Of a stretch of DNA of 56,590 nucleotides, positions 33,815 through 44,412 are shown in pieces. The stretch comes from Cyclobacteriaceae bacterium. GTDB taxonomy: Bacteria > Bacteroidota > Bacteroidia > Cytophagales > Cyclobacteriaceae. The position numbers and the translations under genes are program-made. The stretch covers positions 1 through 56,590 of the forward strand of contig JAYWDP010000395.1 in the NCBI GenBank assembly GCA_043779775.1, read 5' to 3'. Under the pieces are notes generated by a model, which ran no database searches, was not told the origin of the DNA, and worked only from the letters and a program-made list of their open reading frames with translations. Every line of letters begins with the position of its first letter. The first letter of the stretch is position 1.

Positions 33815-36772
33815 TCATTGTTTCTTCTTCTTCAATAAATTCTGAAGTTTATTTTGCAGAAGATCCTGGGGCTGCGGGGTAGCCGTTGTGTCCTTCTTCT
33901 CTTTACTGGTGGTATCGGTCTGACTGCCTCCCAATATATTTTTCATAACATCCTCCGGTTTGACACCTTCCGTAAGTTGTTTAACGGCATCCTGGCTTTT
34001 CTTCTCAGCTTCTTTAGTAATCACCTCTTTTACCTGTTGTTGCTGGTCCGTTGATATCAAGGTTGTCTTTGGATTGCTGTAGGTACCGCTTACACCCAGG
34101 TTTACTGGTATCTTATCAGTTGGGTTATTGCTTCCCGTATATTTATTTACGAATCCTTGTAGTTGAGACCCCAACTGTCCTGCCGGTATCATCATTTTCA
34201 GAGCATAATCGATGGAGCCATCCAGTCCGGTGCTTCCGGAAATAGTGGTCGCATAGTTTCCAAAATTTACATCAAATGGCTTTACACTTAACCGTCCATT
34301 GCTGATGGTGGCTGACATTAGAACATTCTTTAAATTTACTTCACTCGTGTTGTTCAAATTAGTCAGAGAGGAAATACCTGATACCAATTTCGACTGCTTC
34401 AATATCGCTTCTGCAATTTTAATGAGGCCCCCGCCATTAACGGTTGCGAGATTGGGCATCATATTCTGCTTCAGCTCCCCATTAACTTTAAAATCAGTGG
34501 AGAAATTTCCCGTGACTAATCCGGCTATCGGCACGTAGGTCTTTACAAGAGAAAACGAAGTAGCCGCCTGCTGGATAGAAAGATTTTCAATTTTCAAATC
34601 AAAATCATACTTCGGATGGCTGATATCCTTTGCATTGTAAGCGCCATTTACGGCGAAAGCTCCTCCCAACATGTTGAATTTTACTCCGCTGAGATTCGCA
34701 ATGCCATTTTTTAAGATAACATCTCCATGAGCATCACTCAGGGTGTAGTCCATAATCTTAACTGTAGAGACGGTCGATTTTAATGTGAAATCAATATTTT
34801 GGGGGATTGGGATAACTCCAAATGAAGTCGTGTCAGTGGCTGATGGCAAACCTGAATCCGTCATAAATTCGTTCAGGTCCAGCAGTTTTGAATTAAAATT
34901 AACCGTACCGCTGATGGTTTCATTTTTTACAACATATCCAAGATAGTTTGTCACAATACCGTTGACGTTGAAATCACTCTTCCCGATCGTCCCATTCATT
35001 TTGCTCAACTCCATTTTTCGGGGATCAAAAACTGCGTCGGCTTGCGTAATCGTAACCGTCGGCATGTCTTTGCTAAGGAATTTAAAATTCCGGAGGGAAA
35101 CTGAGCCGCTCGTAGGAAGTTTATCATAACGCTTTGCATCCACATCCGACATTTTACCCTGGGTCTTAATCTCTCCATTCACTTTTCCTGCCAGAGTCAT
35201 GTCTTTGAATGGAAATATCTTTGTCATTTTCTCCAGGTCAACACCTCCATTGACTTTCATGTCCCAGGTGTAGTCGTCCAGATTTTGTATCACCATACTG
35301 GCGGCAAGTTTTTCACCATCGAGCATCATGGAAAAATCATTTACAGCAATAACCGTTTCCGCCATTTTGCCCGATGCATTTTTTATTGTGGCTTTCATTT
35401 TAAGCTCTTGTAAAGGCAAGGGGAATTGTGAAGATTTTACATACCCATCTGCCAATGTCATGGAAGCATCAATAGAGGGGATCAATTTCTTCAGGCTGTC
35501 ATAAACACCTTTTGCAGAAGCATTGACCGAATAAACCCCCTTCATCTCCAGACCATCCATGGGGAACATTTTATTCAATTCGGCAAGATTGAGTGTGGCC
35601 TTCAAATTCCCGTCCATTCGATAGTCTCTCAGATTTTCAACACGGACGCGCGCATCGACCGGGTTGGAACCAAAATCCAAATGCAGTTTCTTCAGGTCAA
35701 CCAATGTGTTGTTAACAATGCCATCTTTGTTATCAACCAAAAGGTCTATGTTGATATTGCTCACGGCAGTCGGCAAGTCAGGATATTTAAACATCGCATC
35801 CTTTGCTTTGAGGTCGAGATTGAATGCCGGCATTTGCTTGTCGCTATAAGTGCCTTTGACAAATCCAGAAAAAGAAAGCTCTCCTTTTGTTTCAATATTT
35901 TTGAAATCATTGGAATACATACCCGGTACAAGAGAAAGCAAACTCTTGAATGAATTCTCCGGGCTTTTGAAAGTGATGTCCATTCCAAAATTATCAGGGT
36001 TCATTTTGAACCAGCCGTCAAAGCCCATGGCAAAGTCATTGATTTTTGCCGAGTTTCCCTTAAACGTATACTTGGTAATGTTTTCGCTAATCGAAATCAC
36101 GGCGTCTATCTCTGCACGCTTGTTGGTCAAGAATTGCATTGCCCCCATTGATGTGTTAACCGTATCTACTACCGTATGGGTTTTTAGGTCAAATACATCT
36201 TGCGTGAAATCTCCATTTCCGGTGTGGTCCATTCCCCTTAGTGATAAAAAATAAGGGATCGATTTATCATCGTATTCGATGTCCCCATTAATCACTTCCC
36301 AATGATCTATCCCAATTGAAAACTTACCTGGTTCTTCAGCCGTCTTTATCGTGTCTTTAGAGGGAAATGAAATGTCATAGTTTGCGCGACCATCGGGCAG
36401 GACTTTTACGTTAATCTGTGGCTTTACCAGGGTGATTCCCTTAATTCTGAGTTGGCCACCAAACAAAATGTCCATCAGGTTGATCTCAACCTCCAGCCTG
36501 TTCACCACAAATAAATGTTCACCTTCAAAAGGCGCCCGGTTAAAAACACCCAAATCAGAAATTTCTGCAGTGATGCTGGGAAAATGCCTGAAGACCGACA
36601 AACTGAAATTGTTCACATCAAATACTACATCCGCATTCACATTTTCTGCGATTGATTTATCGATGGCCGCCTTAATGTCATCTTTGAAAACAACCGGAAG
36701 GATCATGGCGGCCACCACCAATAAAATTAAAAATATACTTAGTCCTATCAGGGCTTTTTTCAGAATTTTCAT
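33815..36772 (-). CDS. AsmA-family bridge-like envelope protein
   Basis: N-terminal TM anchor, long beta-rich repeats and an AsmA-like C-terminus (GRLSVKPFDV...GSTGLDGSIDY). A TAATTTTG box at 36796-36803 supports ATG 36772. Confidence 0.88.
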   Translation of the reverse strand: MKILKKALIGLSIFLILLVVAAMILPVVFKDDIKAAIDKSIAENVNADVVFDVNNFSLSVFRHFPSITAEISDLGVFNRAPFEGEHLFVVNRLEVEINLMDILFGGQLRIKGITLVKPQINVKVLPDGRANYDISFPSKDTIKTAEEPGKFSIGIDHWEVINGDIEYDDKSIPYFLSLRGMDHTGNGDFTQDVFDLKTHTVVDTVNTSMGAMQFLTNKRAEIDAVISISENITKYTFKGNSAKINDFAMGFDGWFKMNPDNFGMDITFKSPENSFKSLLSLVPGMYSNDFKNIETKGELSFSGFVKGTYSDKQMPAFNLDLKAKDAMFKYPDLPTAVSNINIDLLVDNKDGIVNNTLVDLKKLHLDFGSNPVDARVRVENLRDYRMDGNLKATLNLAELNKMFPMDGLEMKGVYSVNASAKGVYDSLKKLIPSIDASMTLADGYVKSSQFPLPLQELKMKATIKNASGKMAETVIAVNDFSMMLDGEKLAASMVIQNLDDYTWDMKVNGGVDLEKMTKIFPFKDMTLAGKVNGEIKTQGKMSDVDAKRYDKLPTSGSVSLRNFKFLSKDMPTVTITQADAVFDPRKMELSKMNGTIGKSDFNVNGIVTNYLGYVVKNETISGTVNFNSKLLDLNEFMTDSGLPSATDTTSFGVIPIPQNIDFTLKSTVSTVKIMDYTLSDAHGDVILKNGIANLSGVKFNMLGGAFAVNGAYNAKDISHPKYDFDLKIENLSIQQAATSFSLVKTYVPIAGLVTGNFSTDFKVNGELKQNMMPNLATVNGGGLIKIAEAILKQSKLVSGISSLTNLNNTSEVNLKNVLMSATISNGRLSVKPFDVNFGNYATTISGSTGLDGSIDYALKMMIPAGQLGSQLQGFVNKYTGSNNPTDKIPVNLGVSGTYSNPKTTLISTDQQQQVKEVITKEAEKKSQDAVKQLTEGVKPEDVMKNILGGSQTDTTSKEKKDTTATPQPQDLLQNKLQNLLKKKKQ

Positions 36773-36858
36773 ATGAAAATAAATTAAAGGGGAAGCAAAA
36801 TTACAAATCCTTGTCGCAACAACCCACTGATAAAGGGTTACATGATGCAATGTTCATT

Positions 36859-38292
36859 TTAAAACCATTTTAACAGCACATTCACAATTCTTTTCATTTT
36901 TTCCGTGTAGGGGGGATATAGCAAATACGGACCAGCCCAACCGCCTTTTTGTTTTAAGACCGGTTTTTCATTTGAAAAAGCCATAAAGCCGTATTGACCA
37001 TGCGATTTTCCAATGCCACTGTTATTTACGCCTCCGAAGGGAAGGTTGGGATGCGTAAACTGAAGCACACATTCATTGATACAAACGCCACCGGCTGAGG
37101 TGTTTTGGAGAATGTATTCCCTAAAAGCGCGATCCTGACTGAAGATATATAACGCCAATGGTTTCGGCCGACCATTCACCTGAAGAAGCGCTTCCTCTTT
37201 AGTTTTGAACGTCAGAACAGGTAACAGGGGTCCAAATATTTCTTCTTCCAAAATCTTTGCTCCAACAGGAATATCTGAAAGTATTACCGGGGCTATGAAA
37301 TTTGTTTTTTCGTTAATAGGGCCCGTCAACTCCGGCTTTGCTCCCCGTTCGATTGCATCTTTCAACAAATTATTGACCCTGTGAAAATGGCGATTGTTGA
37401 CGATACGTGCATAATCCTTTGTGTTTTCATCTATGGGTTTGCCCGCACCAAAAAGATTTTGAACTTCATTTTTTAACAAGGCAATAAATTTTTGCTTTAC
37501 CGACTCTTCAATTAAAACATAATCAGGTGCAATGCAGGTTTGTCCGTTGTTCATGAATTTTCCAAAGGCAATTCGCTTGGCGGCATCCTTCAGGCTGGCC
37601 GTTGCGTCAATGACCGTTGGCGATTTCCCTCCCAATTCAAGGGTAACGGAAGTTAAGTTTTGCGAAGCCGCTTTCATCACAATTTTACCAACTGCCGGGC
37701 TTCCGGTAAAGAAGATATGATCAAAGGGAAGGTCGAGGAGTGCCGTCGATACATCCGCAGCACCTTCAATGACAACGACCAAGTCTTCATCAAAATTCTC
37801 GCGTACCATTTCCATGACCAATTGTGAAGTGTACGGCGTGAGCTCTGAGGGCTTCACTACGGCTACATTTCCTGCAGCCAGGCAGGAAATGAGCGGACCA
37901 GCACATAAATTAAAAGGAAAGTTCCACGGCGCAATGATCAGGCACACGCCTTTTGGTTCATAACGGATTTCAGAATACGTGCCGACATAGGGAAGTGTGG
38001 CATCAATTTTTTTTGGCCTGGCCCATTGCTCCAAATGCTTCAATGTGTGCCTCAGCTCCACAAGCACCGGATACAATTCGGACGTATCTACTTCTAAAAG
38101 GGGCTTACTAAAATCTGAATGGACTGCCTTCTTAATTCTTTCACGGTTAGCATACAACCATTTTTCAAGCCTCTTCAATCGTTCAATTCGGGCCTTCAAA
38201 GGTTCACTTCGAAGGGCAAGACTCCTGGCTTTTAACCTTTCAAAGACTCGTGAAAACTGTAATACTGCAGTTTCCTCAGCAATAATCTCCAT
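36859..38292 (-). CDS. Aldehyde dehydrogenase (ALDH3-like)
   Basis: APWNFP, KPSE, FTGS, LELGGKSP, GQTCIAPDY, EEIFGP and LPFGG. Confidence 0.95.
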   Translation of the reverse strand: MEIIAEETAVLQFSRVFERLKARSLALRSEPLKARIERLKRLEKWLYANRERIKKAVHSDFSKPLLEVDTSELYPVLVELRHTLKHLEQWARPKKIDATLPYVGTYSEIRYEPKGVCLIIAPWNFPFNLCAGPLISCLAAGNVAVVKPSELTPYTSQLVMEMVRENFDEDLVVVIEGAADVSTALLDLPFDHIFFTGSPAVGKIVMKAASQNLTSVTLELGGKSPTVIDATASLKDAAKRIAFGKFMNNGQTCIAPDYVLIEESVKQKFIALLKNEVQNLFGAGKPIDENTKDYARIVNNRHFHRVNNLLKDAIERGAKPELTGPINEKTNFIAPVILSDIPVGAKILEEEIFGPLLPVLTFKTKEEALLQVNGRPKPLALYIFSQDRAFREYILQNTSAGGVCINECVLQFTHPNLPFGGVNNSGIGKSHGQYGFMAFSNEKPVLKQKGGWAGPYLLYPPYTEKMKRIVNVLLKWF

Positions 38293-38342
38293 GCAAAATT
38301 AGGCTTAATAGGTTAAAAATAGCCCTTTTCATTTCATATGCC

Positions 38343-38386
38343 TAATGTTACCTTAATGTTAAGAATGTTGCTTATATGTTAACATA
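38343..38386. promoter_or_regulatory. Direct-repeat/palindrome cluster in a divergent promoter
   Basis: ATGTT at 38345, 38356, 38365 and 38376; palindrome TATGTTAACATA at 38375-38386. Confidence 0.4.
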
Positions 38387-38415
38387 CCGGTAATTTTATC
38401 AACTATTTAGTAACA

Positions 38416-39219
38416 ATGGAATTGAAAAAAGTCTTTCTAATACTACTATTCCTCATTGGCCTCGATGCGAAAGCGCAAGGTGACCTGGCTTCTTTGCTTG
38501 AGACTGCTGGCTCTTCAATTTATGTTAAGTCAATGGCCACCGATCAACTCCATGCATTCGTTAAGTCAGTTTCCTCTAAGCACCGGAAAGAATCCCGGCA
38601 GCTTCGAAAAATATTTAATGGTATGCATAACAGATTCCTGAAAAAGTACGAAGCCTATTCCGACTTCGATGAAATTTTTTCTTCAGGACATTATGATTGC
38701 CTGACAGCGACGGCCCTCTTCAGTAATGTACTTGACCAGCTTCATTACTCGTACGATATCATAGAAACCAATTACCATATTTTCCTTATGATTCAAACTT
38801 CCAGCGGAGAAGTCATGATTGAAACGACGGACCCTTTCAGGGGATTTATCACGAGTAAAGAAGCCATTGCACAGCGAATCCAAGAATACCGCAAGAATAT
38901 TCCTTCGGTAAATCATTCGTCTGGATACCTTTACCAGTATTCTTTCAGTTTATGTCAGGAAATATCAGAAGAAAATCTTAGCGGGCTCCTAACCTTCAAC
39001 CAGGCTGTAAAGGCTTACAACCGGCATGACTGGGTTGCTTGTGTTTCATTGTTAGAAAAAGCGAATCGTCAATATTCCTCTCCCCGTTGCGAGTCCCTGG
39101 GTCTATTACTGATTCAAACGATATCTGAAAGTTCGTTGGAAGAAAATATTAAAACAGACTGTCTTACCCGCTTGAAAAGCTTCCGGCTGAAGAAATCTGA
39201 TAGTTTTGCTTCGAATTAA
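38416..39219 (+). CDS. Secreted hypothetical protein, possible transglutaminase-like fold with a helical C-terminus
   Basis: Signal peptide; YDCLTAT...NYHIF...IETTD spacing is reminiscent of a Cys-His-acid triad. Confidence 0.7.
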   Translation: MELKKVFLILLFLIGLDAKAQGDLASLLETAGSSIYVKSMATDQLHAFVKSVSSKHRKESRQLRKIFNGMHNRFLKKYEAYSDFDEIFSSGHYDCLTATALFSNVLDQLHYSYDIIETNYHIFLMIQTSSGEVMIETTDPFRGFITSKEAIAQRIQEYRKNIPSVNHSSGYLYQYSFSLCQEISEENLSGLLTFNQAVKAYNRHDWVACVSLLEKANRQYSSPRCESLGLLLIQTISESSLEENIKTDCLTRLKSFRLKKSDSFASN

Positions 39220-39932
39220 TTTTCAAGGACCCGCACTTCCACCCTTCGGTTAAGTTTATGGGCCTCCTCTGTATTTTCACGGCTCAATGGCGCACCGCCT
39301 CCAAAGGCTTTCAATTTCACCCTGTTCTTATCCACACCACGCTTAATTAAATAATCACGGACGGCATCCACACGCTGCTCTGAAAGTTTGAGGTTCTCTT
39401 TGGCATCGCCACGGGTGTCCGTATGACCTTCCAGCTGTATGACCATCTTGGGGTTGTCGTGAAGCATTTGTACCACCGTGTTCAATTCCTGAAAGGACTC
39501 AGGGCTAATGACGGAAGATCGCAGTTGAAAGATCAAAGCATCCAACCGCATCACTTTGCCTACATGATGCGTTGTTTCTGCAGCCACTAAAGCTGGGGCT
39601 GGAAGACCCAATTCAATATCCTGTATCACTTTGCGCTCACCATTGGCTGTACCCGGATCGAGCATGTATTTGGAGGGAGCAAAACCTTGTGCTTCGACTG
39701 TTATGGAATATTTATTATTGTCGTAGAGGGGAAAGGAAAAATCGGAACCATTTAATATGCCCACAATGTTACCATAAGGCAAACTCTGATAAGTAATCTT
39801 TGCTCTAATCGGCTCTTTAGTCGTGTGATTAAATATTTTTCCCATTGCATAGATCAGTGTGTCCTTTTGCTGAGCGCCTGAACCAAATGAGATTAGCGCA
39901 CCAAGTAAAATCAGTACGTTAATTTTTTTCAT
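39216..39932 (-). CDS. OmpA-family peptidoglycan-binding protein
   Basis: Signal peptide; LEGHTD, NLKLSEQR and NRRVE. Confidence 0.93.
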   Translation of the reverse strand: MKKINVLILLGALISFGSGAQQKDTLIYAMGKIFNHTTKEPIRAKITYQSLPYGNIVGILNGSDFSFPLYDNNKYSITVEAQGFAPSKYMLDPGTANGERKVIQDIELGLPAPALVAAETTHHVGKVMRLDALIFQLRSSVISPESFQELNTVVQMLHDNPKMVIQLEGHTDTRGDAKENLKLSEQRVDAVRDYLIKRGVDKNRVKLKAFGGGAPLSRENTEEAHKLNRRVEVRVLEN

Positions 39933-39935
39933 CTT

Positions 39936-41954
39936 TTATAGTTTAGTGATTTTGAACTCTACACGTCTGTTCTTTTTCCGTCCTTCCCTGGTGTCATTGG
40001 TATCAATGGGTTTTGCTTCACCAAAAAATACAGTGACGATTCTGTCTTTTTCAATACCCTTATTTACCAAATATTTTGTAACGGCTTTTGCGCGCCATTC
40101 CGATAACAATAGATTATAATTCTCTGGCCCTGTGGCATCTGCATGCCCTGCGATTTCAACCGTCATAGTCCTCTTTTCCTTCATCAAACTAACGATTCTG
40201 TCTAATTCCGGGAATGAAGCAGCTTTTAATATCGATTTATTGAAGTCAAAGAAGATGTTATTCAGTGGGACAGTGGTGTTAGGCTCAATAGCCGTAATTT
40301 CAATCGGGGCGAGTCTTATATCGTGCGTCTCCGTAACATTCTTCGTCACATTGGTAAGATCCAGATTCTGATTTTCAGAAATATGTCCGTCAGCTTCCGC
40401 GCGCACCCCATACCGCTGTCCCCCCGGTAAATGAATTTCGTATTCGCCGGTTTCAGGATTGGAATAAACGATTCCAATTTCCTTTCCATCCGGCAATCGT
40501 TCATATATTATTTTTGCCCCAATCGGTTTGCCTGTCTTGCCATCAATAAGTTTTCCTTTCACAATCACAACGGGCTCAGGGGTCTTATAAATGGGTAACT
40601 TGACGCGCAAAATGTCAGAATTGTCGGCCGTTATACCTTGTGAATAGTATGCAAATTCGCTGGAAGATGGGATGTTGAAAAACAGATCGTCCAATTTTGA
40701 ATTGATGTCTGGCCCCATATTCTGCGGTTCAGTCCAGTTGGTCCAGGTATCATCAAGACGCTTACTCATATAAACATCAGCGCCACCAAATCCACTGAAG
40801 CCATCCGAAGAGAAATACAAGGTTTTATCATCAGACGCCAAAAATGGTGCAGACTCTTCGCTAGCCGTATTTATGATGCTTCCCAGGCTGAGGGGCTCAG
40901 TCCACGAACTGTCATTTTGTTGAAAGCTAACATAAAGGTCTCGTCCGCCACGTGAATCCTCCCGCTCAATTGACATGAGCAAAGTCTTTCTCGTATTTGC
41001 GAGGAAGTAATTTGCTTTTTCATTGAAGTTGTAATCATTCTTAATGTTAATGGCCATGGGCTTTGTCCAATTGCCATTGATCATTGTACTTACAGAGACG
41101 CCCGCCAGCATTTTTCCGTTGGGCAGGTATTTATTCCCCAGCACAAGTACTGCCTGTCCATCCGGCGTGGTAGCCACTGCGTTAACAAAATTCGGACCGG
41201 CATTATTGAATTCAGGACCCATATTTTTTGCCAATTCCCATTTGCCATCAGATCCGAGCTCAGAAAACCAGATGTCCTCTTTATCATTCACTCCACCCAT
41301 ATTTTCTGGATGATTCTTGCGGGAGAAATAAAGAGTTTTACCATCCGGAGAGAGCAATGGATTCAGCTCTGCATAATCACTGTTGACATTTTTATCAAGT
41401 TTCTCCACAACCAGGCCCTTACTTACCAATTCGGGTATTGAGATATTAGGGATGATGCGGATATTAACATCCGAAATTCCTACCGCATCGATCGAGAAAT
41501 AGTCTGACAAAGCCTCTCCATCAAATTCAAGTTTAACGGCGGTCACTTTATAAGTCGTCTTTTCCACAAAAATGTTGCGCATCATAGCCTTGGTGGGCAC
41601 CGAGCCAGGATTAGAACTAAAAATCAGATGCTCTGTATTCTTCTCGTCATAGGCATACACTTTGAAAAGAGCACTTGGATTATGCGACTCGGCGATGGCT
41701 ATCTGCTCTATCTGCATCGGAGTGTCAAAACCCAATTTCAGGAATTCCAACCGCTTAGGCTTGTCCGGGGTCCACGCATTAGGGTTTTGTCCCCCTGAAG
41801 GCAATACATTTGGTTTACCCAAAGCCTGCTGCGCTGAATACTGAACTGGGGTCAGTTCAGAAGAAAAATCAATAACTTTTGAGGCCCATTGAACCACCTG
41901 GCCTTGGCCAGAATAAAAGGCTAACAACAGGAAGGGGAGTAGATATCGCTTCAT
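39936..41954 (-). CDS. OmpA-family protein with PD40 beta-propeller repeats (PorE-like architecture)
   Basis: NPLLSPDGKTLYFSR and APFLASDDKTLYFSS repeats, a carboxypeptidase-regulatory-like domain, and IAGHAD...NRRVE. Confidence 0.92.
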   Translation of the reverse strand: MKRYLLPFLLLAFYSGQGQVVQWASKVIDFSSELTPVQYSAQQALGKPNVLPSGGQNPNAWTPDKPKRLEFLKLGFDTPMQIEQIAIAESHNPSALFKVYAYDEKNTEHLIFSSNPGSVPTKAMMRNIFVEKTTYKVTAVKLEFDGEALSDYFSIDAVGISDVNIRIIPNISIPELVSKGLVVEKLDKNVNSDYAELNPLLSPDGKTLYFSRKNHPENMGGVNDKEDIWFSELGSDGKWELAKNMGPEFNNAGPNFVNAVATTPDGQAVLVLGNKYLPNGKMLAGVSVSTMINGNWTKPMAINIKNDYNFNEKANYFLANTRKTLLMSIEREDSRGGRDLYVSFQQNDSSWTEPLSLGSIINTASEESAPFLASDDKTLYFSSDGFSGFGGADVYMSKRLDDTWTNWTEPQNMGPDINSKLDDLFFNIPSSSEFAYYSQGITADNSDILRVKLPIYKTPEPVVIVKGKLIDGKTGKPIGAKIIYERLPDGKEIGIVYSNPETGEYEIHLPGGQRYGVRAEADGHISENQNLDLTNVTKNVTETHDIRLAPIEITAIEPNTTVPLNNIFFDFNKSILKAASFPELDRIVSLMKEKRTMTVEIAGHADATGPENYNLLLSEWRAKAVTKYLVNKGIEKDRIVTVFFGEAKPIDTNDTREGRKKNRRVEFKITKL

Positions 41955-42054
41955 GACCTTAGAGTAGGTGGACTATTAAAAGGCTAAACTTAATTAAAAT
42001 TTTCAAAAGGGGTATTGCCTATGGTTCGCAGAATTGTAGAAAAGCCATGTTTCT

Positions 42055-44355
42055 TTACTCTAAAGAGGTTTTATTGTATAACAGGAACCCTATATGAAGC
42101 AATACTCCCAGTTGACTTTTACTATCATCATAATAATTGACGCTAAAACTTATCGGACCAATGGTTGAATGCATGACCATTCCGGCTGTTCCGGTAAAAT
42201 AGACCTTCGTGATTTCATCAGTCAGCGCAGCCTCCTGATTCGGTCCTGGCACGATTGTTTGAAAGGGCTTAAAGAGGTATCCTTCCAACCTGAAGTCCAG
42301 GTTTTTACGCAGCGAAAAAACATTGCGCCAGCCACCCGCTACAAAGTTGAAGGCACGAAAATTTTGAAGTATCAGGATCCGGCTATCCTGTAAAGGGAAA
42401 AACCCTGGCGCATTGATAATGGTACCCTGGTAATTGTCAAATACGGGCTGGTTGGAGAGGTTACCATGCAAATAATAACCAGAACTGTATATCCCCTTTC
42501 TGAAATACTGTTCCATGATTAGTGAAAGCCGAACCCAGCTTCTTCCTTTTTCAGGCACCACAGTTTTGTACAATGTTGAAGTATTACCTGGTTTTGTTTC
42601 TTCTATTAAATTAAACCAATCGATAGAAAACTGGTACGCCTTTCCTGTGGAGGCATACTGCTTATGGTTGAGGGTATTTGTCGAGAGACTTATTCCGTAC
42701 CGGCCTCCGCTCAACTTTAGCGCATCCAGCGTATCGGTGGAAATCAATACCGGATTATCAATGTATTCATCGTTGTTGCTGATGTAGTGGGCATACATCG
42801 AGGCTTTAAACTGTTTTCCTACCGGTACCCCGATATTTAATCCAACTCTCCTATCGATGCGGGTCAAAATAGTTGCATTGGATTTCTGTATTATAATATC
42901 TCCTGCTTCCAGAAAATTCCAACTATTGTAAGTGGCTTCCGGTTCCAGATAGAATCGGCCGAGGCTTGGAAAATCGAGGCGAGCCATTGCCTGAACCGAT
43001 TTGTAAAAACTTCCGGTACTAAAATTTAGACTAGCTCTTGTCAATATGTTATTGAAGTAATAATAATTCAGTCCCAGAAAAATATTGCTGATATTCCGTG
43101 AAGCAATCACACCGCCAAAGTCCACCTGGAAATTATTATGGGGGCGCCGGGTCAGCTGAAAATCAAAATGCATTACGTCTGGTTTAAATGAAAAACTTGA
43201 ATAAATATTTTTGAAATAGTCTTCCGAGACGAGACGATAGTAACCTGTTTTTACATCACTGAAATGAAGAGGGCGTTTACCTCCTTTGAAAAACCGGTTA
43301 ATATAATTTCGTTGATTGTTACTGAACCCATTCATCACAATATTGTCGATCAAAAAAGGACTAGTTCGGTTGTTAAAATTATTTCTAGTTTCTGCTACCT
43401 CTTCGCATGTCCTGCGCTCATTTATCTTCGCCTTTATCTCGGGCATTTTACGTATGGTTTCGGCATAACCACTGTCTATCAATGCTTTTGCTTTCGCAAA
43501 ATCAAAACCAGTAAAAGGGGTCAAGTCGGGTTGGATATAGATGCCGGTCTCTGGTACTTGCCTTGGATCTGATTTGTCTAGCAAAAGATAAAGGAGGGAC
43601 TTGGAGATGAGTTTATCATCTTCGCCTTTGGGGTACTCGTAATAAATCTTACTTGACACATTGGATCCAATGACTACCCCCGGTTGAAATTCTTTTTGGG
43701 CAACATCGACAGGAAAATTATTATATACACCTCCGTCAAATAAATACTGACCATTGACCCGGATGGGCTCGAAAAAGAAAGGGACTGTCTGTGTGGCGCG
43801 AAGGGCATCGCCTAACTCACCGCTTTTTAATATCACTTCTTGTTGTGTAAATATTTCTGCCGCCACCACACGTAAGGGAACAAAAAGGCTATCAAAATTT
43901 CCTTTTGCAATGGCCGATGGCTGTGCCATTTTTTCAGCAATGGCAAAGTTTAATGAGATGTCATTCGCAAGGCTGGTATTTAGATTGAAACTTAGCGTAG
44001 AATCGAGCGACAGATTTAATTTCACGAAAGAAGGACGAATTTCATTTTTATTATAAAAATAATTGTAGCCATCCTCCAACTGGCCATTGATCCATCTTAG
44101 TAGATTATCTGTCAACATGGTTTCTTCAATCTGGGCAGGGCTCATGCCTGCCGCGTAGCACCCGGCAATAATTCCACCCATGGAAGTACCTACCACATAG
44201 TCGATGGGAATATCATTTTCTTCCAACGCCTTGAGCACGCCAATGTGGGCCATGCCTTTGGCGGCGCCCCCGCTCATCACCACGGCCACTTTCTGTGCCT
44301 TGCCCGTGAGGCTGATCGAAAAAACAGCAATGAAAAGTATTGTCCGTATCACCAC
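42055..44355 (-). CDS. Patatin-like phospholipase with POTRA/beta-barrel C-terminus (PlpD-like)
   Basis: Signal peptide; SGGAAKG, GTSMG and FDGG; about 430-aa beta-rich C-terminus. Confidence 0.88.
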   Translation of the reverse strand: MVIRTILFIAVFSISLTGKAQKVAVVMSGGAAKGMAHIGVLKALEENDIPIDYVVGTSMGGIIAGCYAAGMSPAQIEETMLTDNLLRWINGQLEDGYNYFYNKNEIRPSFVKLNLSLDSTLSFNLNTSLANDISLNFAIAEKMAQPSAIAKGNFDSLFVPLRVVAAEIFTQQEVILKSGELGDALRATQTVPFFFEPIRVNGQYLFDGGVYNNFPVDVAQKEFQPGVVIGSNVSSKIYYEYPKGEDDKLISKSLLYLLLDKSDPRQVPETGIYIQPDLTPFTGFDFAKAKALIDSGYAETIRKMPEIKAKINERRTCEEVAETRNNFNNRTSPFLIDNIVMNGFSNNQRNYINRFFKGGKRPLHFSDVKTGYYRLVSEDYFKNIYSSFSFKPDVMHFDFQLTRRPHNNFQVDFGGVIASRNISNIFLGLNYYYFNNILTRASLNFSTGSFYKSVQAMARLDFPSLGRFYLEPEATYNSWNFLEAGDIIIQKSNATILTRIDRRVGLNIGVPVGKQFKASMYAHYISNNDEYIDNPVLISTDTLDALKLSGGRYGISLSTNTLNHKQYASTGKAYQFSIDWFNLIEETKPGNTSTLYKTVVPEKGRSWVRLSLIMEQYFRKGIYSSGYYLHGNLSNQPVFDNYQGTIINAPGFFPLQDSRILILQNFRAFNFVAGGWRNVFSLRKNLDFRLEGYLFKPFQTIVPGPNQEAALTDEITKVYFTGTAGMVMHSTIGPISFSVNYYDDSKSQLGVLLHIGFLLYNKTSLE

Positions 44356-44412
44356 AAATTCTCCATTTGAAAACCAGGGTAAATTATTAAAGTAAAAGAG
44401 AAAAGTAAATTC

